Part shown: positions 1 to 7,838 of the stretch, piece by piece
Layout of the letters: the number at the start of each line of letters is the position of its first letter
Position numbering within the stretch: position 1 is the stretch's first letter
Notes under the pieces: generated by a model
Database searches by the model: none
What the model saw: the letters and a program-made list of their open reading frames with translations, nothing else
Told to the model about the DNA's origin: nothing
Translations under genes and position numbers: made by a program
Origin: Ilumatobacteraceae bacterium
Lineage (GTDB): Bacteria > Actinomycetota > Acidimicrobiia > Acidimicrobiales > Ilumatobacteraceae
Assembly: GCA_963829585.1 (NCBI GenBank)
Contig: CAWHJD010000014.1
Span: 22,146-86,145 of the forward strand
Length of the DNA stretch: 64,000 nt
Reading direction: 5' to 3'

Positions 1-494
1 TCGCCGCCCTCATACTCGGCGCGCTCAGCGCCACGGACTGGGTCGACGGCTATCTCGCCCGTCGTCTCGGCCAGGTCAGCGAGTTCGGCAAGGTCTTCGA
101 CCCCACCGTCGATCGCCTGATGTTCATCGTCGCGATCACTGCCATCATCATCGACGGCGCGATCCCACTGTGGTTCGCCATCGCCGTGCTCGCACGAGAA
201 GTCCTGGTGGGGCTGATGATGGCGGTCGCCACGCTCGTGTACAAGATGCCGCGTATCGACGTGACCTACCTGGGCAAGGTGGCCACGGCGCTCCTGATGT
301 TCGCGGTTCCCGGCTTCCTGATCGGCAGCAGCGGGGAGTCGTACGCAGGGCTGTTCCAGTTCGCCGCGTGGGTCGTCGGCATCCCGGGGCTGGTTCTGAG
401 CTACTGGACCGGTATCGCCTATATTCCGCAGGTGCGACGGGCCATCGCTGCCGGTGGATCCGCTCGCGCCGAAGCAGTTACAGCCGACACGTGA
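1..494 (+). CDS. pgsA: CDP-alcohol phosphatidyltransferase (PgsA-like), 5' end cut by window edge
   Basis: The frame is open from base 3. The translation [40 protein letters not shown] carries the D-G-x2-A-R-x8-G-x3-D-x3-D motif, followed by hydrophobic TM segments to the stop at 492-494. Confidence 0.85.
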   Translation, partial: AALILGALSATDWVDGYLARRLGQVSEFGKVFDPTVDRLMFIVAITAIIIDGAIPLWFAIAVLAREVLVGLMMAVATLVYKMPRIDVTYLGKVATALLMFAVPGFLIGSSGESYAGLFQFAAWVVGIPGLVLSYWTGIAYIPQVRRAIAAGGSARAEAVTADT

Positions 495-513
495 ACCCAG
501 GTACGGTGGCACC

Positions 514-894
514 ATGAACATCCCTTCCGAACTTCGTTACTCGACCGATCACGAATGGGTGCGCGTCGAGGGAGACACCGTCACGATCGGGATCACCGAG
601 TACGCCCAGGACGCGCTCGGTGACGTCGTGTTCGTGGAGATGCCGGAACCGGGAGCCGCAGTCGAGGCCGGAGCGACCTTCAGCGAGGTCGAGAGCACGA
701 AGTCGGTCAGCGACATCTACGCACCCGTGAGCGGATCGATCAGTGCGGTCAACGACGCGCTCGAGTCGCAGCCCGAGCTGCTCAACAGCGATCCGTACGG
801 CGAGGGTTGGATCTGTCGGATCGCGATGACCGACGTGGCCGAACTCGACGCCCTGATGGATGCCGAGGCGTATCGGGCGCTGACGGAGGGCTGA
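514..894 (+). CDS. gcvH: glycine cleavage system protein H
   Basis: ATG at 514 inside ORF 454-894. Starts [21 protein letters not shown] and has the lipoyl-lysine motif [18 protein letters not shown]. 126 aa. Confidence 0.95.
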   Translation: MNIPSELRYSTDHEWVRVEGDTVTIGITEYAQDALGDVVFVEMPEPGAAVEAGATFSEVESTKSVSDIYAPVSGSISAVNDALESQPELLNSDPYGEGWICRIAMTDVAELDALMDAEAYRALTEG

Positions 895-896
895 TC

Positions 897-1385
897 TTGA
901 GTTCCTATGTCTTCTGCAACCAGTGCGGGCACCGCAACCCGCCGACGAGCAGCTTCTGCTCGAGCTGCGGATCACCGCTCGATTCGCTCGACGACCGAAC
1001 GATCACGCTCAGTGCCGTCGATCCGTTGCAGGATGCGCCCGGGTCGGAGGACGACGTGGTCGTGGCGATCGGGGAGCTGCCCAACGAGGTCGGCGTCCTC
1101 ATCGTGCGAGCCGGCGCTCAGGCCGGCGCCCGGTTCGCCCTCGACGAAACCGTCACCCGCCTCGGTCGGCATCCCGAGTCCGAGATCAGCCTCGACGACA
1201 TCACGGTGTCTCGACGTCATGCCGAGATCGAGCGCACGCCTGACGGCCATGTCGTCAGCGATGCGGGATCACTCAACGGCACCTACGTGAACCAGGAGCG
1301 CATCGACAGGATGCTGCTCCGTCACGGCGACGAACTCCAGATCGGCAAGTTCCGTCTGGTGTTCTTCGAACGGCCCGATGCCTGA
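897..1385 (+). CDS. zinc-ribbon + FHA domain protein (in the GarA/OdhI position after gcvH)
   Basis: TTG at 897 lies 3 nt after the gcvH stop, with GGAGGG upstream. N-terminal CNQCGHRNPPTSSFCSSCG zinc ribbon. FHA core is TRLGRHPESEISLDDITVSRRHAEIERTPDGHVVSDAGSLNGTYVN. ORF sequence upstream of 897 is out-of-frame gcvH. Confidence 0.85.
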   Translation: MSSYVFCNQCGHRNPPTSSFCSSCGSPLDSLDDRTITLSAVDPLQDAPGSEDDVVVAIGELPNEVGVLIVRAGAQAGARFALDETVTRLGRHPESEISLDDITVSRRHAEIERTPDGHVVSDAGSLNGTYVNQERIDRMLLRHGDELQIGKFRLVFFERPDA

Positions 1386-2354
1386 TTCCGTGCCGCCCAC
1401 GTCGACGTCGGTGGCCGGGCAGCCCGCCACGCTCGGCAGTCACCTGTCGATCGGGGAGGTGCTCGCGCTCCTGCTCGAGGAGTTCCCTGATGTCACCATC
1501 TCGAAGATCCGGTTCCTCGAGAGCCAGGGTCTGATCGATCCGGAACGCACGGCGTCGGGGTACCGCAAGTTCTACTCGGACGACGTCGAGCTGCTCCGCT
1601 GCATCCTGCGCGAACAGCGTGAGAACTACCTGCCGCTGCGGGTGATCAAGGACCGCATCGACTCGGGCGAGATCGATCCGACCCACGACCATCCACGACC
1701 GCGTGGCATCAAGAACGTGTCGGAGACCTCCGACATCCCGCGGCCCGACACCCATCCGAGCGCAGGCGGAGTCCGTCGTGCCGCCGGGGGCGCACGGGCC
1801 TGGTTCGTCGGCGAACGGCGACGCCGTGACCGGAGCAGCGGTTCTCTTCCAGCGGACCGACGCGCCGGTGGAGCCGCAAACAGCGGAGCCGCAGGCAGCG
1901 GAGCCGGCCGCCGCCGCGACGTCGCCCCCGGCTCCCGAGAAGCCGGCGCCGAATGTCGGAGCCGTGCTCGCAGGGCTGTTGCTGACCGCCGACGAGCTGT
2001 GCGCCATGGCGGGTCTGACTCGTGCGCAGCTCGCCGATCTGCAGTCGTACGGCGTGGTGATCGCGCAGTCGAATCGTCCCGACGCGTCTGTTCGACGAGG
2101 ACGCCGTCGAGATCGCCACGGTGTCGAAGCGGTTCCTCGATGCCGGTCTCGAGCCGCGGCACCTTCGTGGCTGGCGCGTGGCTGCCGATCGGGAGGTCGG
2201 TCTGCTCGAACAGCTCATCCAACCGCTCCTGCGTCAACGCAATCCGGAGGCACGCGCACAGGCCGTTGCCCAGCTGAGCGAGCTGGAGTCGATCGGCGGG
2301 CGCCTGCGCGAGGCGATGATGCGGTCGTCGCTGCGCCAACACGGCGGTCACTGA
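1378..2354 (+). pseudogene. MerR-family regulator (Rv1828-like), reading frame broken twice as sequenced
   Basis: The MerR HTH is in frame 1 (LSIGEVLALLLEEFPDVTISKIRFLESQGLIDPERTASGYRKFYSDDVELLRCIL). The middle is in frame 2 (LLLTADELCAMAGLTRAQLADLQSYGVVIAQS). The C-terminus is in frame 3 (FDEDAVEIATVSKRFLDAGLEPRHLRGWRVAADREVGLLEQLIQPLL, stop 2352-2354). There are two +1 shifts, one somewhere in 1703-1960 and one in 2061-2090. Length 977 = 3n+2. Confidence 0.8.
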
Positions 2355-2389
2355 GCGCGACGCCGCTGCGCGCGGCCGGCCCGGGTACA

Positions 2390-2884
2390 GTGGCGACCGT
2401 GGTCCCTCTGGAATTGATCGGCGTCCGGGTCGAAGTGCCAGCGAACACGCCGATGTTGCTCCTCCGCGAAGCCGAGGGCCGTCACCGACTGCTCCCGATC
2501 TACATCGGCAACCCAGAGGCGTCGGCGATCCACTACGCCCTCGAAGGCGTCGTGCCACCACGCCCGTTGACACATGATCTGATGCTGATCCTGCTCGGTG
2601 AACTCGGTGCCAACCTGACCCAGGTCGTCGTGACCGAGATGCGCGATCGCACCTACTACGCCGAACTGCATCTCACGACCGAGACCGGCGACAAGGTGGT
2701 CTCGGCCCGCCCGTCCGACGCGATCGCGCTGGCGATCCGCTGCGGCGCGCCGATGTTCGCGTCGGATGCCCTGATCGACGAGGTCGGCCAGGAACCGGTG
2801 ATCGAGCCCGAAGACGACGCCGCGGAGATCATCGACGAGTTCAAGGACTTCATCGAGAACGTCAGCCCCGAAGACTTCCAGTAG
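2390..2884 (+). CDS. bifunctional nuclease family protein (DUF151, Rv1829-like)
   Basis: GTG at 2390 in the frame of ORF 1703-2884. Sequence ATVVPLELIGVRVEVPANTPMLLLREAEGRHRLLPIYIGNPEASAIHYALEG...RPLTHDLM is typical DUF151, with an acidic C-terminal tail. Confidence 0.85.
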   Translation: MATVVPLELIGVRVEVPANTPMLLLREAEGRHRLLPIYIGNPEASAIHYALEGVVPPRPLTHDLMLILLGELGANLTQVVVTEMRDRTYYAELHLTTETGDKVVSARPSDAIALAIRCGAPMFASDALIDEVGQEPVIEPEDDAAEIIDEFKDFIENVSPEDFQ

Positions 2885-2904
2885 TGCTCCACTCGCGGGA
2901 GCCT

Positions 2905-2937
2905 GCGGTCTTTCCGGACCCGACCCCGAAAGACCGC
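2905..2937 (+). terminator. stem-loop after the DUF151 gene (candidate intrinsic terminator)
   Basis: GCGGTCTTTC...GAAAGACCGC forms a perfect 10-bp stem about 20 nt after the stop. No clear U-tract. Confidence 0.4.
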
Positions 2938-2973
2938 GTCGGTGCGGGCGGTTCTCGTCACTAGCATTGCCAC

Positions 2974-4940
2974 GTGCGTCTTCGATCCGTTCTCGCCCGT
3001 GCGACGTTGGTCGCAGCTGTCGTCGCAAGTACGGTCGTGACGGCCGTCATCGAACCCGTCGGTTCTGTCTCGGCGGCGGGTGCCACCAGTGCGTACGTGG
3101 CGATGCCCGTGTCTCAACGTCTGGTTGACACTCGGCTCACCTCACCGCTGGCACCCGGCGGCTCACTCTCGGTGAGCGTCACGGGTGCGGCGCCGCTCCC
3201 GGCCGCCGGCACGGTCACCGCAGCGGTACTGAATCTGACGGTGACTGCGCCGTTCGGTGCCGGCTACTTCACCGTGTGGCCGCACACCAGCGCTCGGCCG
3301 GAGGCATCGAACCTCAACATCGACGAACTCCTGTCGCTGGCCGGAGGAGCGGTCCCCAACCTGGTGACGGTACCTGTCGGGTCTGACGGTGTGGTCGACG
3401 TCTACAGCAGTGGCGGCGGCAACGTCATCGTCGATCTCCTCGGCTACTACACGGCGGCCGACACCGCTACAGCGGGTCGATTCGAGTCGCTGCCTGCGCC
3501 CACGCGGGTCATGGACACGCGCCGTGTCGCCACGTTCGCCCCCGGAGAGACGCGGGGGTTCACGATCCCCGGTGCGGCCGGAGCGAACGCTGTTGCCGTC
3601 AACCTCACCTCCGTGACGACACGGCCGGGTTACTGGCAGGTGTACCCGATGGGCGGTGCCGTGCCGGCGACGTCGAACCTGAACTCCCCAGCCGGGCGGG
3701 AACGCCGTTGCCGCCAACCAGGCCATCGTCACCGTCGATGCCGGTGGAGGGATCAACATCTACTCCGAGCAGGGCGGCGACCTGATCATCGACCTCGTCG
3801 GCACCTACACGGGCGCCGGCGCACCGCCGAGCTCGGTCGGCCTGTTCGTGCCGACCACGTCGCCGACACGGATCGTCGACACCCGCGTCCCGTTGCTCAA
3901 CCCGCTCGGCGGCACGCAGCGTCCCGAGCCGGCGTGGAGCTTCGAGGTTCCCGTTTCCAGCAACCCGGCGATCGGGCGGTCGGACGTCTCGGCGGTCGTG
4001 CTGAATGCCACGAGCGCTGGGACTCTCACCACCGGCTACATCACGGTGGGAACCGCCGGTGCGACGGCTCCCGGTGAGCGACCCTCCACGTCGACCATGA
4101 ACGTCGTGCGTCCGGGCCAGGTCCTCGCCAATCACGCCATCGTCCCGGTGTCGACCCGAGGATTCTCGATGTTCACCGAGGCGGGTGGTGACATGATCGC
4201 CGACCTCGCCGGGTACTTCCTCGGGAGCCCTTCGGCGGCGTCGTTCGGCGGTCCCGTCAACGCCCCGTCACCCACGTGTGCGACACCGAAGGTCGGCTAT
4301 CCGGCGGCTCCCGTCGGGCCGATCGTGTGGGGATCGTCGCGCGCCTCGGTGGCGACGCTGCAGAGCCGACTCTCGTCACTCGGGCTTCTGGAACGCCGGC
4401 ACCGACGGTGGGTACGGCCTCACGACGGTCCAGGCCGTGATGGCCTTCCAGAAGTGGAAGGGGCTGCCGGCGACCACCGTCGTCGACGTCGCGACCGCCG
4501 CTGCCTTGAACCTGCAGGTCTGCCGTCCCGGAGCCCGCACGACCAGTGGCACCGTCTTCGAGGTCGACAAGGGCAAGCAGATCGCCTACGTGGTCCAGAA
4601 CGGTCAGACGCGCTTCATCTTCAACGTCTCCACCGGCAACGGGCAGAGCTACGACGAAGAGGACCAGAAGAACGCCGGCAGCCGGGTCATCGGGATCGCC
4701 ACCACACCGACCGGTACGTTCCGCACCTATCGAGAGAGCGATGTCGCCCGGTACGAGAGTGACCTGGGCACGCTCTACCGACCCAAGTTCGTCGTGGGCG
4801 GCATCGCCGTCCACGGCGCCCGGAGCGTGCCGAACTATCCGGCGTCACACGGTTGTATCCGTGTGGTCAATCCGGTGATGGATCTCATCTGGGGCGAGGA
4901 CCTGCTCCCACTGCGATCCACCGTGTGGATCTACGACTGA
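2974..4940 (+). pseudogene. secreted L,D-transpeptidase (3 N-terminal VDTR-type repeats + PG-binding domain + YkuD domain), frame broken twice as sequenced
   Basis: Signal peptide MRLRSVLARATLVAAVVAS. Three related repeats of roughly 130-150 aa (RLVDTRL.., RVMDTRR.., RIVDTRV..). PG_binding-like GTDGGYGLTTVQAVMAFQKWKGLPATTVVD. YkuD catalytic motif NYPASHGCIRV. Frames run 1->2->0, with junctions at GGG runs 3694-3700 and 4382-4384. Length 1967 = 3n+2. Confidence 0.85.
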
Positions 4941-4944
4941 CGCG

Positions 4945-5378
4945 TCAGTCGAACAGCGCTTCGTTCAGCCTGCGGAGCCGGGCCACCAGCGTGTCGATGA
5001 CGTGCATGGCGATGTCGGGCTCTTCGTGGAGCAGCGTGCGCATGTTCCATGCCGACAACCCGAGTGTGTCGAGTTCGCTGGTCGCGACGATCGCCGCCGA
5101 ACGGGGACTGCCGTCGAGCACACTCATCTCACCGAAGTGGTCGCCAGGTCCGAACGTGGCGACGCGACTCGTTGCGGATCCGCGCCTCGGCGGTACCGCT
5201 GACGACGATGTACAACCGGCCGAACCGTCCCGACGAATCCGCATCGATCACCGTCTCGTCCGACACCGAAGTGATACGGCTTGGTCTGCTGAGCGATCCG
5301 TGCGAGCGTCTTGTCGTCGAGGCCCGCGAACAAGCCGACACCCCGAAGTGAGGCCACTGTGCTGTCTTCTTGCTTCAT
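4945..5378 (-). pseudogene. single-domain cyclic-nucleotide-binding protein, frame broken twice as sequenced
   Basis: Pieces LRGVGLFAGLDDKTLARIAQQTKPYHF / DETVIDADSSGRFGRLYIVVSGTAEARIR / ATFGPGDHFGEMSVLDGSPRSAAIVA...LVARLRRLNE lie in three successive frames, with junctions near 5260 and near 5155-5175. Length 434 = 3n+2. No HTH domain. Confidence 0.75.
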
Positions 5379-5451
5379 GGTGACTCCTTGCCGTCGGAAG
5401 TGCCGAGACTACTCACTGTTGACGCGGCGGTCCGAACTCCGTAGTGTCGAT

Positions 5452-5487
5452 CGTCTCACACAGCCGTAACTACGGTCGTGTGAGACG
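5452..5487. promoter_or_regulatory. 36-nt near-perfect palindrome in the divergent intergenic region (candidate operator or leader hairpin)
   Basis: CGTCTCACACAGCCGTAACTACGGTCGTGTGAGACG. The outer 10 bp are perfectly complementary and the inner CCGTA/TACGG arms also pair. It ends about 25-35 nt before the candidate starts of the MerR gene. Confidence 0.4.
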
Positions 5488-5511
5488 TGCGACGTGTTCG
5501 GACAGGTCGTG

Positions 5512-6028
5512 ATGTTGGGCGAAATGAACCGGAGGAACCTCGTGCAGAACACGTCAGACGACTCCGCAGCGACCGCTGCGGAACTCGGATACAGCGGAAC
5601 CCAGACGGCCAAGGTCGTGGGCATCTCGTATCGTCAACTCGATTACTGGGCACGGACCGACCTCATCCGGCCATCGCTGAGCGACGCCACGGGGAGTGGG
5701 AGTCGGCGGGCCTACTCGTACAACGACCTGCTGGAGCTCAAGGCGATCAAGAAGCTGCTCGACGCGGGCATCAAGCTCGAGCAGGTGCGCAAGGTCTTCG
5801 AGTATCTCCGCCAACACGTCTCGACCGACATCGCTGCAGCCCACATCGTGATCGACGGCGGCAGCGTCATGCTCTGCGACGGCGACCAGCTCGTCGACGT
5901 CCTCAAGAATGGTCAGGGCGTCCTCAACGTGCTGTCACTCGGTGGGGTCCGCGAGGAACTCGAAGCCGATCTGGCCCCGACGTCGGCCGATCGCGGTCGA
6001 CATCGACGACCACCGCCGCACGGGATGA
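5512..6028 (+). CDS. MerR-family regulator (Rv1830-like); 3' end uncertain
   Basis: HTH YSGTQTAKVVGISYRQLDYWARTDLIRPS...SGSRRAYSYNDLLELKAIKKLLDAGIKLEQVRKVFEYL. Candidate starts are GTG 5494, ATG 5512 and ATG 5524. As sequenced, the frame runs without a stop into gcvT. A TGA at 6026-6028 overlaps the gcvT ATG (ATGA) but lies in the +1 frame. Confidence 0.6.
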
Positions 6029-7075
6029 CGCTCAAGCGTTCGCCACTCGACGCCGAGCACCGGTCGCTCGGTGCGACGATGGTCGAGTTCGGGGGCTGGG
6101 AGATGCCGATCGCGTATCCGTCGGGCACCATCGACGAACACCTGGCGTGCCGCAACCGAGCCGTCATGTTCGACGTGTCGCATCTCGGCACCGTGCGTGT
6201 CGAGGGCGCCGACGCCTTCGACACGCTCCAGGCGACGCTGACCAACGATCTCGCCAAGATCGCGCCGGGCCGCGCCCAGTACACGCATCTGCTCGATCCC
6301 GTGGATGCGTCGGTGGTCGACGACATCATCGTCTGGTGGCACTCCGACGGAGTGTTCGACGTGATGCCGAACGCGTCCAACACCAGCGGTGTCCGCGCGG
6401 CCATCGGTGGCACGGACACGACGAGTTCCCGGGCCGTCATCGCTGTCCAGGGCCCCCAGGCCAAGGAGCTGGTGGCCACCGTCTTTCCCGAAGCCGGCGC
6501 GATCGGCCGATTCCGGGTTGCCACGGGCGACTGGCGCGGTGTCGAGTGCGCCGTGGCCGGTACCGGCTACACGGGCGAGGCAGGCGTCGAGATCGCCGTG
6601 CCGACTGATGCGGCTGCGGACTCTGTGGCGGGCTCTCCTCGAAGCGGAGATCACGCCCGCCGGGCTCGGAGCACGTGACACGTTGCGGCTCGAAGCCGCG
6701 CTGCCCCTGCACGGTCACGAGCTCGGTGCCGGGATCACCTCGCTGCAGGCAGGTCTCGGCTGGGTCGTGGCCTGGGACAAGCCGTCGTTCGTGGGCCGCG
6801 ATGCGGCCGTTGCCGAACGTGATCGCGGCATCACCCGACGGCTGATGGGAATCGCGACCGAGGGCCGACGTCCGACGCGGGCCGGCTGTGTCGTGTCGAT
6901 CGACGGTGTCGCGGTGGGTGAAGTGACGAGCGGCAACTATTCGCCGGTGCTCGGCCACGGCATCGCCTTGGCGTTCCTGCCACCACAGACAGAACTCGGG
7001 ACCGCCGTGATCGTCGACGTCCGTGGAAAGCCGGTCCCCGGCACCGTCGTCGAGACGCCCTTCGTGCAGCGCTGA
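6025..7075 (+). pseudogene. gcvT: glycine cleavage system aminomethyltransferase T, one frame break as sequenced
   Basis: ATG at 6025: MTLKRSPLDAEHRSLGATMVEFGGWEMPIAY...FDVSHLG. The C-terminal part LWRALLEAEITPAGLGARDTLRLEAALPLHGHEL...GKPVPGTVVETPFV is in the next frame, with the junction near 6605-6625. Length 1051 = 3n+1. Confidence 0.9.
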
Positions 7076-7085
7076 CCCGCCCGCC

Positions 7086-7122
7086 ATGAGCGAAGCGACC
7101 GGACGTCGGTCGCTTCGCTCAT
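7086..7122. terminator. perfect 16-bp stem hairpin between convergent genes (bidirectional terminator candidate)
   Basis: ATGAGCGAAGCGACCG-GACGT-CGGTCGCTTCGCTCAT lies between the gcvT stop (7075) and the stop of the minus-strand gene (7140). Confidence 0.6.
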
Positions 7123-7139
7123 CGCAGGGCCGTCATGGC

Positions 7140-7808
7140 TCAGGACGGTGCGGCCCGCTTCTTCGCCGGCGCCTTCTTCGCGGGCGCCTTCTTGGCCGCT
7201 CGCTTCTTGGTGGGCGCCTTCTTCGCCGCCGCCTTCCTCGCGGGTGCAGCCTTCTTCGCCGCCGGCACCGGGGCGGGCGGGTGGACGACCTTGGTTTCGG
7301 TGGTGATCGTGCGGGTCGACGGGGGAGGGGACTGGCTGCGACTCCCCGGTACGCGGAATCCGCCGAAGAGGCCACCGGCCGACTCCGCCAGCTGTGTCAA
7401 CGGGCTCAGGCGGTGCGACACCTCGACGAGCAGGTCGGAGAACTGGCCGATCTGTGACGGAAGCTGTGCGAACGCCGGCGTGCTGAGGGTGTCGGCGAGA
7501 CGGTTGAGCCCGGGAGCGACGGCCATCGCCGGTCCGCTGACCACCTGCATCATCTCGTCGGCGATCCTGACCGTACGGGTCACCTGGGGGATGGCGGCAC
7601 GGATCGGTTCCTCCACATCGGCGAGCAACGAGTTGATGCGCGCGGTCGTCTCGTTGAGGTTGGCCATCGCACGATTGAAGTTCTCGACGCCCTTCAGGAA
7701 CTCGTCGACGCCCTTGCGGAACTGCTCGAGCGAGCGCACCGTCGCCGACAACGGTGTCGCGAACAAGGTGAACAGGTCAGCGAGCGGGTCGTTTCGGTCC
7801 TCGGCCAT
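7140..7808 (-). CDS. hypothetical protein, helical N-terminal region + Lys/Ala-rich histone-H1-like tail
   Basis: Intact 222-aa ORF. N-terminus MAEDRNDPLADLFTLFATPLSATVRSLEQFRKGVDEFLKGVENFNRAMANLNETTARINSLL. C-terminus PAAKKAAPARKAAAKKAPTKKRAAKKAPAKKAPAKKRAAPS. The antisense ORF 7135-7860 is the mirror-image low-complexity frame. Confidence 0.7.
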   Translation of the reverse strand: MAEDRNDPLADLFTLFATPLSATVRSLEQFRKGVDEFLKGVENFNRAMANLNETTARINSLLADVEEPIRAAIPQVTRTVRIADEMMQVVSGPAMAVAPGLNRLADTLSTPAFAQLPSQIGQFSDLLVEVSHRLSPLTQLAESAGGLFGGFRVPGSRSQSPPPSTRTITTETKVVHPPAPVPAAKKAAPARKAAAKKAPTKKRAAKKAPAKKAPAKKRAAPS

Positions 7809-7838
7809 GGCGTCACGCTACTCGGCGCCGCCGAACGG

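Noticed and set aside
4945-5378. The cNMP-binding protein as the regulator that binds the TGTGA-N6-TCACA site at 21345-21360.
   Set aside because: Even after frame repair, the protein is about 144 aa and consists of the nucleotide-binding domain only. It has no C-terminal HTH, so it cannot be assumed to be a CRP-type DNA-binding protein.
5494-6678. A genuine MerR-GcvT fusion protein (394-aa ORF).
   Set aside because: The gcvT part has its own typical N-terminus (MTLKRSPLDAEH...) and ATG. There is an ATGA junction with a TGA in the +1 frame, and the window is full of +1 insertion errors. I kept it as a finding to verify rather than as a fusion call.
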